Positions 39,097 to 49,739 of a stretch of DNA of 64,000 nt are shown piece by piece; positions within the stretch are counted from its first letter, which is position 1; each line of letters begins with the position of its first letter. Made by a program: the position numbers and the translations under genes. A model generated the notes under the pieces. It ran no database searches, was not told the DNA's origin, and was given only the letters and a program-made list of their open reading frames with translations. The stretch covers positions 30,880 through 94,879 of the forward strand of contig CAWGGA010000029.1 in NCBI GenBank assembly GCA_963822015.1, given 5' to 3'. Source of the stretch: an uncultured Acidobacteriaceae bacterium. Lineage in GTDB: Bacteria; Acidobacteriota; Terriglobia; Terriglobales; Acidobacteriaceae.

Positions 39097-41709
39097 ATGA
39101 GACATAGATTCCTGATTTTTCTTCTCTTGCCGGGCGCGTTTTGTGGCGGGCAAACAACCCCCACGGCTCCCGGAACGCAAACGATTGTCTGTCCAACCGG
39201 GCCCGGCCCAGTTCCCGAAGGCGCCGAGGCTCTGTGCCCGCCGCCAACAAACACGGCCCCCGCGACGGAAACGACGACTCCTTATGAAACTGTTCCCGGC
39301 GTGGGCACTGTTCCTTACGGAACCAACTCCGTTGCTCCCGCGCCCGCGGCCACACCCAACGAGATCGTCCCGCTTCCCTACAGAGTCGTTGGCCCCATCA
39401 CCACGCAAACAGAGTTCCAGATCTTCGCCGAGGACGAGGCCGGCCATCCTCTGCAGGTATTCGGCAGAAAGCTGTTCGACGAGGTTCCAACGACATTTGC
39501 GCCGCTGGACCGCATCCCGGTCCCGGCAGATTATGTGCTCGGGCCCGGCGACGAATTGTTGATCCACGTGTGGGGAAAGATCGACCTGGATACGCGCGTG
39601 ACAGTCGATCGGAATGGGCAGATTTTTGTACCCTCAGTAGGATCATTGACAGTGGCCGGCCTGCGCTACGACCAACTGCAGAGCTTCCTGCATACAGCCA
39701 TCGCCGCGCTCTACAAGGACTTTGACCTGAACGTGACGCTGGGCCAGCTTCGTTCTATCCAGATTTTTGTTTTGGGCAGCGCCCGCCAGCCGGGCGTGTA
39801 CACGGTCAGTTCGCTGAGCACCCTTGTAAATGCGCTGTTCACCTCAGGAGGGCCGTCGGCGACCGGCTCGATGCGCCATATTCAGTTGCGGCGCGGGAAT
39901 AAGGTGATCACCGAGTTTGACGTTTACGATCTGTTGCGCAGAGGCGACAAGTCGCACGACGTTCCATTGCTGCCCGGAGATGTAATTTATATTCCGCCGG
40001 TGGGACCGCAGGTGGCCATCATGGGGAGCGTGAACGAGCCCGGAATCTATGAGATCAAAGGCGATGAGTCAGTGGCTTCGGCCCTCAACGATGCCGGCGG
40101 GCTGACCAACCTGGCGGATGAAGACCGCGTTCTGCTGGAGCGGATTGAAAATCATGAGAGCCGGGAGGTGGAATCGTTCGAGCTGGATGACTCCGGGCTG
40201 AAGCGCGAGCTTCGGGATGGAGATTTGCTGCGCGTCTACCCGCTTTCACCCCGCTTCGATAACGCGGTCACTCTGCGCGGCAACGTGGCGCAGCCAGGGC
40301 GCTATGTGTGGCATAGCGGTATGCGCGTCTCCGACCTCATTCCTTCGCGCCAGTTCCTTCTTACCCGCGATTACTGGAATCAGCAGAATTTCCTTGTGCC
40401 GCAACGAATCGCGCATCCGTTTGGACTTTCGCCGAACCAATTCAATCCGCAGAGCGGAATGTACGCCCAAGCCGGAAGTGGCGCACAAAACGAATACAAC
40501 GCACAGAATGGATTCAACCCGCAAACGCGCGCGAATCCGCAGACCGGGACCGGCGCACAGGCCGGGCAGAGCGCATCGAATGGAGCGAACGCGCAGCCAG
40601 GATTCAATGCACAAACTGGATTCAACCAGCAGACAGGGATGAATCCTCAAAGCGGAAACAATCAGCAGACAGGGGCGAATCCGCAGACGGAAATGAATAC
40701 GCAGAACGAAATGAACCCGCGGGGAGAAACCGGGTTCGAGGCCGCCCGGAACAGCGAGGAGATCAACTGGGACTACGCGGCGGTCGAGCGGCTCGACGAA
40801 CGCGATTTGAGCACCCGTCTGATCGCGTTCAACCTGGCCAATGCCATCGACAGCCCAACATCCGCAGATAACGTGGTCCTGCAGCCTGGGGATATCGTCA
40901 CGATCTTCTCTGAAAAAGACATTCCACTTCCGGTGGACAAACACGCGGCGTTCGTGCGCGTGGACGGCGAGGTGAATGCACCGGGCGTGTACCGCATCAC
41001 TCCGGGTGAGACGTTGCGGGATTTGGTGAAGCAGGCTGGAGGACTTACTCCGCACTCCTATCTGTACGCTTCGCAGCTCACCCGCATCTCGACCCGGCGC
41101 GCGGAGGAGCTCGAAATCAGGCAATCGACCGCGCAAATGCAGAGAGATCTTCTGGCACGCAATGCGGCTGCTTCCACCGTTGGGGCCGGCAACTCTCAAG
41201 ACCAGCAGGCCCAGTTGGCCGCCCAGCAGGCATTGATTGCGCAACTTGCCGCTGTTCAGCCCACGGGGCGGGTGGTTCTGGCGATGAAACCGGACGCGAG
41301 CACGATCGATGACATTCCAACATTTCCGCTGGAAGACGGAGATGCATTCTACATTCCGCCGGAGTTGAACACCGTGCAAGTTTCAGGCGCCGTCTACAAT
41401 GAGAGCGCGTTCCGCTATGAGCTCCGAAAGCGGCTCTACGCGTATCTGAACGATGCCGGAGGGCCCACACGGCAAGCGGACACCAAACGCATCTTTTTGA
41501 TTCGCGCGGATGGAACCGTGATCAGCCGCCAAACCCACGGCGATTTCTGGCGGTCGGATTTTGACAAGACGGCCTTGCTGCCCGGCGACGCGATCATCGT
41601 GCCACCGAAGTTGAAGGGCCCCAGCACATTCATGCAGCAACTGCCATTTTTCACGCAAATTATTTCGCAAACAGCTCTGACCGGCGCCGTGCTCGGTACG
41701 GCCTACTAG
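39097..41709 (+). CDS. Polysaccharide export protein with multiple SLBB domains (Wza/KpsD-like)
   Basis: DYVLGPGDEL.I.VWG, VDRNGQI, repeated G.V..PG.Y and L.PGD motifs; signal peptide. Confidence 0.92.
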   Translation: MRHRFLIFLLLPGAFCGGQTTPTAPGTQTIVCPTGPGPVPEGAEALCPPPTNTAPATETTTPYETVPGVGTVPYGTNSVAPAPAATPNEIVPLPYRVVGPITTQTEFQIFAEDEAGHPLQVFGRKLFDEVPTTFAPLDRIPVPADYVLGPGDELLIHVWGKIDLDTRVTVDRNGQIFVPSVGSLTVAGLRYDQLQSFLHTAIAALYKDFDLNVTLGQLRSIQIFVLGSARQPGVYTVSSLSTLVNALFTSGGPSATGSMRHIQLRRGNKVITEFDVYDLLRRGDKSHDVPLLPGDVIYIPPVGPQVAIMGSVNEPGIYEIKGDESVASALNDAGGLTNLADEDRVLLERIENHESREVESFELDDSGLKRELRDGDLLRVYPLSPRFDNAVTLRGNVAQPGRYVWHSGMRVSDLIPSRQFLLTRDYWNQQNFLVPQRIAHPFGLSPNQFNPQSGMYAQAGSGAQNEYNAQNGFNPQTRANPQTGTGAQAGQSASNGANAQPGFNAQTGFNQQTGMNPQSGNNQQTGANPQTEMNTQNEMNPRGETGFEAARNSEEINWDYAAVERLDERDLSTRLIAFNLANAIDSPTSADNVVLQPGDIVTIFSEKDIPLPVDKHAAFVRVDGEVNAPGVYRITPGETLRDLVKQAGGLTPHSYLYASQLTRISTRRAEELEIRQSTAQMQRDLLARNAAASTVGAGNSQDQQAQLAAQQALIAQLAAVQPTGRVVLAMKPDASTIDDIPTFPLEDGDAFYIPPELNTVQVSGAVYNESAFRYELRKRLYAYLNDAGGPTRQADTKRIFLIRADGTVISRQTHGDFWRSDFDKTALLPGDAIIVPPKLKGPSTFMQQLPFFTQIISQTALTGAVLGTAY
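40441..40728 (+). repeat. In-frame 18-bp-period repeat: 16 hexapeptides, consensus x-N-[PA]-Q-[TSN]-G
   Basis: FNPQSG MYAQAG SGAQNE YNAQNG FNPQTR ANPQTG TGAQAG QSASNG ANAQPG FNAQTG FNQQTG MNPQSG NNQQTG ANPQTE MNTQNE MNPRGE. Confidence 0.9.
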
Positions 41710-41823
41710 AGCGTGTTTCAAAAATTGGCATCCGCAGATCGCACAGGCCATGGAACCCGGCTTATTGCCGGGTTCCACCCCTGCCAGCTCGAGAGTTATC
41801 GCGATTTTTGAAACACGCTATAG
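41706..41823. mobile_element. MITE-like element with 20-bp inverted ends and an internal hairpin (IS5-family-like ends, inferred)
   Basis: CTAGAGCGTGTTTCAAAAAT (41706-41725) vs ATTTTTGAAACACGCTATAG (41804-41823), 1 mismatch; internal TGGAACCCGGC-ttatt-GCCGGGTTCCA. Confidence 0.75.
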
Positions 41824-41841
41824 TCAGACAGCGAGCCATCT

Positions 41842-43092
41842 ATGGAAGCGAGTACAGAAATCGTGCAAGAAAGAGTCTCTCCGCGCGGACAGATGCCATT
41901 GCAAGAGAACAGGCCTGCGCCCCGGATGAGCTTTTGGGGCGCTTTTACGCAACTGGCCCGAGGCAGGCGTTTGGCGGCGTGGACCACAGGAATCGCGGTG
42001 CTCGTTGGGATCGTGGTGAGCTTCATCCTGCCGGTAAAGTACACGGCAACTACAGAAATCATGACGCCGCACCAAACGCAACCGTCAGCCGCGTATCTGA
42101 TGGGGGAATTGTCGCTCAACTCATCCACTACAAACCCATTGGCGGCCGCAGCCGGCGGAACAACGTTGAGCCTGAGGAACCCCAATGAGCTTTACATGGG
42201 ACTTCTGGCTTCGCGGCCGATCGCGGACGCAATTATTGAGAGATTCGGCCTGATGAGCGTTTATCACGCGAAGGACATGACGGCGGCTCGCAAGTCGCTG
42301 GCCGATAATACAACGATCACTTCGGAGAAGAGCACGCTAATCGCAATCTCCGTAATAGATACCGACAAGGCGCGTGCGGCAGCAATTGCAAATGCCTATC
42401 CGGAGCAACTCCGCGAGTTGACCAAGAACCTGGCGGTGACAGAAGCCTCGCAGAGACGGCTCTTCTACGAGCAGCGATTGGCGGACGCCAAGGAGGACCT
42501 GGTTGCCGCGGAGCTTGCGTTCCAGCGCATTCAAAAGGAAAAGGGCCTGGTTCAACTGGACGCGCAAACCAAAGCGCTGATTACGTCTCTTGCGGACCTG
42601 CACGCCGAGATCGCGGACAAGGAAGTTCAACTGCAGGCGCTGCGTTCGTATTCGACGGAACAGAATCCCGAGGTGCAATTGCTGGAGAGCCAGCTCGGCT
42701 CACTGCAAGACCAGACGGCCAAGCTGGAAGAGCGCAGCGGTTCCCCCGAATCGAGCGGCATGGATCTAGGGGATGTTGCCGGCGCGGGCGTCGAGTATCT
42801 ACGCGCGGAGCACGAGCTCGAGTACCGCCAGGCACTCTTCGATCTGCTGCTGAAGCAGTACGACGCGGCGCGGTGGGATGAGGCCAGGAACTCCGCGGTC
42901 ATTCAGGTGGTGGAAGATGCGATTCCGCCGGATCGAAAATCCGCTCCGAAACGGGCAATCATCGTCCTGATCTTTACGGCGCTGGGCCTGCTTGGCGCGT
43001 GGGCTTACATTCTGGGTCGAAATATCTATGCCAACAACCCTCATATTGCCGAACTGCTGGCGGAATTCAAGTCAGTCCCTGTCAACCAATGA
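41842..43092 (+). CDS. Wzz/GumC-like polysaccharide co-polymerase (no tyrosine-kinase domain)
   Basis: N-terminal TM + Y.ATTEI, long coiled coil, IQVVEDAIPPDRKSAPKR + C-terminal TM; no Walker A motif. Confidence 0.88.
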   Translation: MEASTEIVQERVSPRGQMPLQENRPAPRMSFWGAFTQLARGRRLAAWTTGIAVLVGIVVSFILPVKYTATTEIMTPHQTQPSAAYLMGELSLNSSTTNPLAAAAGGTTLSLRNPNELYMGLLASRPIADAIIERFGLMSVYHAKDMTAARKSLADNTTITSEKSTLIAISVIDTDKARAAAIANAYPEQLRELTKNLAVTEASQRRLFYEQRLADAKEDLVAAELAFQRIQKEKGLVQLDAQTKALITSLADLHAEIADKEVQLQALRSYSTEQNPEVQLLESQLGSLQDQTAKLEERSGSPESSGMDLGDVAGAGVEYLRAEHELEYRQALFDLLLKQYDAARWDEARNSAVIQVVEDAIPPDRKSAPKRAIIVLIFTALGLLGAWAYILGRNIYANNPHIAELLAEFKSVPVNQ

Positions 43093-43118
43093 GCGCCTGC
43101 CCAACGCCCAAATGAATT

Positions 43119-44486
43119 ATGGAGCGGAAGACGTCACAGCATCGCAAACATCTGCTCTGGTCCTATGTCTCGACGTCGGGAACCAATCTGCTCCGCGTCG
43201 GGCTTGGCGCCGTTTCGGGCCTGATGGTCTCGCGCTTGTTGCTGCCGCTTGGACGCGGCGAACTCGCAGTTCTTTTATACTTTCCAACACTCATGGGCGC
43301 GTTTTTCAGTTTGGGAACGCCGCAAGCGATCACTGCCCTGATATCAAAAGGCGCGGAAAGTACAGAGGAGGTTCTGAGTACCGGGTTCCGCATCGCAGTC
43401 GCACAGGTTCTGGTTGCGGTTCCGCTCTTTGTGCTGTGCGCGCCGATGACACTGATCGGCGACAATCGCCATTTGGGAACTCAGGTGCAAATTTCGTGCG
43501 CGTGCGGAGCCTTCATGATCCTTGTGCCGTACTTCAATGCCATGTCGTATGGCTTGAGGCGGTTCAACTGGGTCAATGCAGTAACGCTCGCCAGCCAGGC
43601 CGGGTATGTAGCAGCCCTCTTGATCTTATGGCTCTGTGGCGCCCTCACGCCACTCACCGCCGCGCTTTCAGCTCTTAGTTGCCAGTTGTTGCAGTGCCTG
43701 CTTCACCTGATTCACATCAAGCCGGGGTGGCTAATCCGGAAGGCGCCGCGCGGCGCCTACAAGCAGTGTCTGGGGCTGGCAGCGCGTTTTGCGGCGCCGA
43801 GCCTGGCCGCCGTGGTTCTGCTCAATGCCGATCGAGCCGTCCTTATTCGCACCACCACTTTGGAGCAGATTGGTTACTATGCCGTCGCCTTCGCGGTAAC
43901 AATGCCCATCACAATGACGACCGAAGCGTTCACGCAGATTGGTTTCGTTGAAGTTTCGAGCGCCGAAAGCGGCGACGCGTCGGTTACGCTAATGCTTCGC
44001 CGCTTTCAGATGGCACAGGTGATTGCCGGAGTTAGCTTTCTTTTGGCTTGCGCTGTCATCGATCCGGTAATCCGGTATGGCTTTGGCAAGGCATATCTTC
44101 ATGCGATTCCCGCTGCGTACCCCCTCGCGCTGGCGATGTCAATCAGAGCCATGACGAGGACCTTAGAGAACAACCTTCGCGGCTTGCGGCTTATTCTTCC
44201 TGGAACGCTCGGGGCAATCATCAATCTTGCGGTTCTCGTGATGCTGAGTGTGATTTTCGTGCCGCGCTGGGGAGCATTGGGCTTTTGCTGCGCGAGCCTG
44301 GTGTCGGAGACGCTATATTTGGCGTCGCTGCTGATGTACCTCTCGTCGCGAAAAGAGATCAGGATGCGGTCACTATGGGGTATGCGCCCAAGTATCGTTC
44401 GCGCCATGACGCTGGCGCTGGTGGAGCTTTTCAGAGAGAAACTTTTCATCCCCAGTAACGAGGAGGCGGCAGAGAGCCAGTGCTGA
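43119..44486 (+). CDS. Wzx-like oligosaccharide flippase
   Basis: SRLLLPLGRGEL, ADRAVL, EQIGYYAVA, PRWGALG; ~12 TM segments. Confidence 0.85.
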   Translation: MERKTSQHRKHLLWSYVSTSGTNLLRVGLGAVSGLMVSRLLLPLGRGELAVLLYFPTLMGAFFSLGTPQAITALISKGAESTEEVLSTGFRIAVAQVLVAVPLFVLCAPMTLIGDNRHLGTQVQISCACGAFMILVPYFNAMSYGLRRFNWVNAVTLASQAGYVAALLILWLCGALTPLTAALSALSCQLLQCLLHLIHIKPGWLIRKAPRGAYKQCLGLAARFAAPSLAAVVLLNADRAVLIRTTTLEQIGYYAVAFAVTMPITMTTEAFTQIGFVEVSSAESGDASVTLMLRRFQMAQVIAGVSFLLACAVIDPVIRYGFGKAYLHAIPAAYPLALAMSIRAMTRTLENNLRGLRLILPGTLGAIINLAVLVMLSVIFVPRWGALGFCCASLVSETLYLASLLMYLSSRKEIRMRSLWGMRPSIVRAMTLALVELFREKLFIPSNEEAAESQC

Positions 44487-45988
44487 AGCAGGAGAACACA
44501 ACGCGGACGATTCCATGGCGCGGGCTGTTTGTGGCCGCCGTCGCCGCTACCGCATTGACGCTCTTCGTGCGGGGAGAGCGGGTCGAGGTTCCGTACGCCG
44601 GCGTATTGGCCGCGGTCATGCTCCTGATCTCCTTCGCGATACTGCTTCGCGCCACCGTGAAAACCGGCGGTCTTTTGAGCGGATATACGCTTGTGTTGGG
44701 CACGTTCCTGGTCACGTACCCGCTGTCGGCATTCGTAGACCTGACAGGCAAGGATTACGTGTCGCTCGGATTCTACGAGATTGCGGCGCTCGACCCTCAT
44801 ACGCAGGCGCACCACGTGTACCTGTCTCTCGCGCTCGTTTTCCTTGCACAGTTAGCTCTTTGGTGGGGGCTCGCGCCCGGCCGTTCCACGGCGCCACCGA
44901 GCAGCCCACACCTTGTCCGCGTGCGTTCCACGCTCCTTATTCTGGCTGGAATTCTATTCACGCTTGTGGGCGCTGCCGGAACTTATCTGCTTTTTTCGGG
45001 CTCAGGGGAAGCGCTGGAAAACATAGCCACCGTAAACAGCACGAGAGAGCTCGCGGCAGGAACCGCGCGTTTTGTGTTTATGTCAGAGTGGCTCTCGTGG
45101 GGCATCATCTTTTTGTTGACCGCATTTCTGGCTTCGCGAGCCAGTAAGAATCACCCGAAGGCCACCCTTGCGGCACTTGTCGGCGGATCGACGTGCATGC
45201 TTATGAATCTGTTTTGGACCGGCAGCCGCGCGGAGAACCTGCTGGCGGTGTTGCCTTTGCTCTTTGTCGTGAAGAAGATTGCCCCACAGCATTTTCGCCA
45301 TTTCGTTTCGGTGGTTGCAGTTGGAGTGGCAGGAATCATCGTGTTCGAAACAATCGCACGAACTACGGCATTGCTGAACAGCGGGTTCGACTATTTCGCC
45401 CAGGGCGCAATCAGCACCAGTCAATTTGCCGCGAATCAATTGGCCGCCGTTCTCGACTGGCAACTGGGGAGATATCCGACCATCAGCCTCGCGTTCGATA
45501 TGGTCAATCGCTATGGCCACGCATTTGGTTCAACGCTCCTTCAGGGAGTTACGATGACCATCAATGCGCCGGCGACGCTGCTGCACCTTCCACTGAAGGT
45601 GCCAGAACCACAGGCAATGACATCACTGGTGGGACAGTACATTTATGAAGATCCGTCCATTAATGGCGTTGTGCCAGGGACTGTCGCTGAACTCTACTTT
45701 AACTTTGGCGTGCTTGGCGTCATTGGCGGTTTCTTTGCCATCGGCAGGATCGCCAGGTACTGCATTGGGATCACACATTCCACGGTTGACATGGGAACGG
45801 CGTTGCTTGGCTTTTATGCTTTAACCCTGTTGTGCGTCTCGACGATTCCGATGACGGCAACCCTCGCCGTGTATCTTCTGGCTACGGGAGGCCTTCCTGT
45901 CCTGGTTTTTTGCGCTGCCGAGCAAACTGTGAGCCATTGTGTGAAGCCTTTGCCGCAAGGAACCGCACGCATGGCGCTTTCAGGATGA
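44480..45988 (+). CDS. Wzy-like polysaccharide polymerase (putative)
   Basis: Polytopic; TGSR motif and PGTVAELYFNFGVLGV; position after the flippase. Confidence 0.7.
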   Translation: MLKQENTTRTIPWRGLFVAAVAATALTLFVRGERVEVPYAGVLAAVMLLISFAILLRATVKTGGLLSGYTLVLGTFLVTYPLSAFVDLTGKDYVSLGFYEIAALDPHTQAHHVYLSLALVFLAQLALWWGLAPGRSTAPPSSPHLVRVRSTLLILAGILFTLVGAAGTYLLFSGSGEALENIATVNSTRELAAGTARFVFMSEWLSWGIIFLLTAFLASRASKNHPKATLAALVGGSTCMLMNLFWTGSRAENLLAVLPLLFVVKKIAPQHFRHFVSVVAVGVAGIIVFETIARTTALLNSGFDYFAQGAISTSQFAANQLAAVLDWQLGRYPTISLAFDMVNRYGHAFGSTLLQGVTMTINAPATLLHLPLKVPEPQAMTSLVGQYIYEDPSINGVVPGTVAELYFNFGVLGVIGGFFAIGRIARYCIGITHSTVDMGTALLGFYALTLLCVSTIPMTATLAVYLLATGGLPVLVFCAAEQTVSHCVKPLPQGTARMALSG

Positions 45989-46094
45989 GCAGCAACGTTG
46001 CGAACTTCCGTTATGATGTTGACGGTTTTTCGTGAAGCCTGAGAAAACGCGCGACGTTCGCGCATCGTGAGCAGAGCATTTCCTGGGAAGGCTT

Positions 46095-47195
46095 ATGGCG
46101 GCGCCTGGCCGGATAAAAGTCGAGTCTGTTCTGATCGTCCGTTCGGCATTTGGAGAAATCTACGAGACTGCCTGGCTGAAGGCGCTTCGCGATCTTGGGA
46201 TCAAGGCTGAGCTTTTCGACACTCATTCCTATATTCCGGCGAATCTGGTTGGCCGGATCGAAGAGCACTTCATCTTCGGCCCGCACATCGGCAAAGTCAA
46301 TCGCATGGTGGTGGAACGAGTGAAAGAGATGCGGCCGGATGTCGTGCATTTTTATCAGGGGCACCACTACACTGCCGAAACCATTGCGCAGGCTGCACGA
46401 GTAAGCTTTGCCTCCGGCTCGCACTGCGACGATCCGTTCGGAAGATCGCGATCGAAGAGAATATCGGCTTCTTATGAAGGCGCTGCCGGAATACGATGGC
46501 GTATCACGTAAACCGCCAGTGTAATGTCGCCGAGGCTGCCGCATGCGGCGTTAAACGTGTGCGGGTCCTCATGGTGTATTACATCCCGTGGCTTCATTAC
46601 CCTGGCTCCCTCAGCACTCAGGAGCATCGGGCCTGGGGATCCGACGTAGTCTTCGCCGGGCACATGGAGCCCGATCTTCGCATCGAATGCCTGACGAGAG
46701 TGGTGCGAGCCGGGCTGAAGTGCAGAATATTCGGCGGGAAAGCGGAATGGAGATCAGCTTTGCCGCGCGATGTGTACCGGACCGTGCGACCGATTCTTCT
46801 ACGCCCGAGGGGTCGGACTACCGGCGAGCACTTTGTGCAGGCAAAATCGGCGCCTGTTTCTTCAGCAGGTGGAATCGAGATCAGTATACGCACTCGATCG
46901 TGGGAGATTCCGGCCTGCGGGGTTTTTCTTCTCTCCGAGCGAACTCGCAGCGATGCAGGAGTTTTACTGTGAGGGGAAAGAGGCCGAGTTTTTTGAGGGC
47001 CCCGAAGAGTTCATCGATAAGGCGCGGTTCTATTTACACAACGACGCGGCAAGAAAGAGGATTGCCGCGGCGGGGTATGCGCGCGTTGTTGCCTCCGGCA
47101 ACGATATCTACAGCAGGATGCGGCAGTGGCTGGCGGATGTTGCGGAGTGGCGACAGGAAAAGCAGCTTGAGGGCGGGGAGCAGGCGAGTTCATAG
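46095..47195 (+). CDS. CgeB-like glycosyltransferase; several indels (46450-46950)
   Basis: RPDVVHF, DDPFG, SDVVFAGHME, RSWEIPACG, ARKRIAAAGYARV across ORFs 46095, 46496, 46770. Confidence 0.8.
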
Positions 47196-47216
47196 ACGAG
47201 CGCCATTTGACTTATC

Positions 47217-48509
47217 TTGATGGTCCAACAGATATCACCGGTGCTCGACGCAACGTCCATGACAATTAATGGCTCCGGCCCAACCTTTGCGGCGGATACG
47301 CCAGAAATCCGATCCGGGGCGCCGCTCCGCGTAGGATTTCTAACGTACGATCTGCAGCGGAACACTGAGGACGCGCTCTTTGAAGTTGCCCGAGCAGCGT
47401 CGTTCTCTGTGAAAGCATTCCCGCTCTACAGACATAGACGATCAGGAGCTTTCAAGAGTTGCTTACCGCCCGGCTACCGCGCGAGGCAGGTACCTCGGGG
47501 TCAGCGTCAAGGGCAGCACGCCGGAGGGGCTTGTCTCCAATCCCGAATGGGCAGTGGGCCTGGCATGCGCGCGCGAGTCCGACGTGGTGGTTCTGAAGGG
47601 GTTGCTGGGTCTGGGAGCGATCTGGTGCGCGCTTTGCGCCCGCTCCTGGGGCGGGTGGTGATCTCGACCAATCAAGCGCTGCCCGCCAAGTGGGAAAGGA
47701 AGCGGCGCTGGTGGATCAGGTTGTTGAAGCGGTTGCTGCTTCGCATGTGCCAGTTTCATATTTATCAAAATCCCGCCGCTATCGAGGTTCTCACGGAAGT
47801 TTACGGATGCGCATCTGAGCGATTGATCTCAGCGCCATACGAGGGCGGGGCTGCGCTCTTCAAGAGCATTCTCAGCGGAGTCAGAACCAATACGGATGTG
47901 CGGCGCAATCTTGGCCCGGATTCAGACGTCATTTTTCTGTACGCGGGGAATCTCCACTCGTTCAAGGGCGTGGCCGACATCGTGAACGCGGCGGCACAGC
48001 TCGGGAAGGATGCATCGTTTCTGTGCGTATTTGCCGGGCCGGAAGAACCGGCAAGCAAGGAAGGCGCAACGATCGAGTATTTCATGAGACTTGCCCGGGC
48101 GAGCGGAGTTGAGCATCGGGTGCGCTTTCTTGGCCCTCTGACGCCGGAGAAGCTTGCGGAGCTTTATTGCGCGGCGGATGCCGTCCTATTGCCGACACAC
48201 AAAGACTGCTTTCCGAAAGTTTTAGTCGAGGCCGGGCTCGCCGGCAAGCCACTCGTGACTACGAGCGCCTGCGGATCAGCGGGGATCATTGTGCAGGACG
48301 GCGTCAATGGATTTGTGATTGAGCCCGGCGACATTAGTCAATTGGCTCAGGCAATGACGAAGCTCTTCGATTCGGAACTGCGCGCACGAATGGGAAAACG
48401 CTCTAAGGAAATCGTCGATCGGTATTGCAGGATGGACCTGGAGGTTCAAGGCTATCTCGAAGCGATCGCACGCGGCGCTAAGTACCTTGGTTTAGTGCAG
48501 AGAGCTTGA
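47217..48509 (+). CDS. GT4 family glycosyltransferase; probable compensating indels 47435-47640
   Basis: FLYAGNL...KGV, FLGPL, ADAVLLPT, FPKVLVEAGLAGKP, DGVNGF. Confidence 0.85.
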   Translation: MMVQQISPVLDATSMTINGSGPTFAADTPEIRSGAPLRVGFLTYDLQRNTEDALFEVARAASFSVKAFPLYRHRRSGAFKSCLPPGYRARQVPRGQRQGQHAGGACLQSRMGSGPGMRARVRRGGSEGVAGSGSDLVRALRPLLGRVVISTNQALPAKWERKRRWWIRLLKRLLLRMCQFHIYQNPAAIEVLTEVYGCASERLISAPYEGGAALFKSILSGVRTNTDVRRNLGPDSDVIFLYAGNLHSFKGVADIVNAAAQLGKDASFLCVFAGPEEPASKEGATIEYFMRLARASGVEHRVRFLGPLTPEKLAELYCAADAVLLPTHKDCFPKVLVEAGLAGKPLVTTSACGSAGIIVQDGVNGFVIEPGDISQLAQAMTKLFDSELRARMGKRSKEIVDRYCRMDLEVQGYLEAIARGAKYLGLVQRA

Positions 48510-48567
48510 GTTTGTGAGCTTATGCCAATTTTGATTACACGCCGCTCCTTTTGCACCCTGGTGTAAC

Positions 48568-49729
48568 ATGTCCAGCCCGCCATATCGGCTGTCGGTCCTT
48601 ACTAATTCCATTTCGCGCATGAACAGCGGAATCTCTGATGCGATGCGCAATCTTACGCTCGCGATCGCGGCAGAGGGACGATATTTGCCCGTGGTGTTTA
48701 GTGCACAGGATACTTACACGGAATCGGACCAGCCTCTCTGGCGCGGCGCAACAACCACAATTTTCTCCGTACGCGGCCCGCGCATGCTGGGCTATGCGCC
48801 TGGGCTGACGGCTGCACTCGAATCAAGCGCCGCGGACATTCTCCACATCCATGGCATCTGGATGTATCCGTCGGTTGCGGCTTCTCGCTGGTCGCAGGGG
48901 CGAAGACCTTACGTTGTGAGCCCACACGGCTTGCTCAAGCCGCGGGCGATGCGCAACTCGCGGTGGAAGAAGCGGATTGCCGCACTGCTCTACGAGGATA
49001 AGCATTTGCGTGGCGCCGCATGCCTGCACGCTTTGAATGTCGCCGAAGCCGACGCATTGCGGCGATATGGATTGAAGAATCCAATCTGCGTGATTCCCAA
49101 CGGGACCGATTTGCGTGGCGATACGACGCCGAACGAGCCGAGGAGTGGCCACGCCATTTTGTATCTTGGAAGATTTCACCCTCTGAAGGGCCTGCGGAAC
49201 CTGATCGAGGCCTGGGGACTTGTTCGCGGCGAAGCGGCGTCGGTCGGGTGGCGGTTGACACTTGCAGGGTGGGACCAGAATCGCCACCGCGCCGAACTGG
49301 AGCAGATTGTGGATCAGCTTGAGGTTCGCTCCAGTGTCGAATTTCCTTGGCCCGCAATTCGATCAAGAAAAGGACCGCTGTCTGGCAGCGGCCTCTGCGT
49401 TTATCTTGCCCAGCCAAAGCGAAGGCTTGCCAGTAAGCATTCTCGAAGCGTGGTCGTGGAAGCTGCCGGTGTTGATGACCCACGAGTGCAATATTCCCGA
49501 GGGCGTGGAGGCAGGCGCGGCAATCGTGATGGAGCCAGAGGTAAAGAGCATTGCAGCAGCCTTGCGGCGGTTGTTCTCCATGTCGGACGCCGAGCGCAAG
49601 GCGATGGGCCACGCCGGACGATGCCTTGTTGAGAAGCGCTTCCAATGGCAGCGCATTGGTGAATCCATGACTCAGGTATACGACTGGATTCTCGGCCATG
49701 GGCCGAGACCCGACTGCGTTCTGCTTTGA
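48568..49729 (+). CDS. GT4 family glycosyltransferase; indel near 49345
   Basis: DILHIHGIWM, VSPHG, LYLGRFHPLKG, FILPSQSEGLPVSILEAWSW. Confidence 0.88.
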
Positions 49730-49739
49730 AGAGAGTGGA

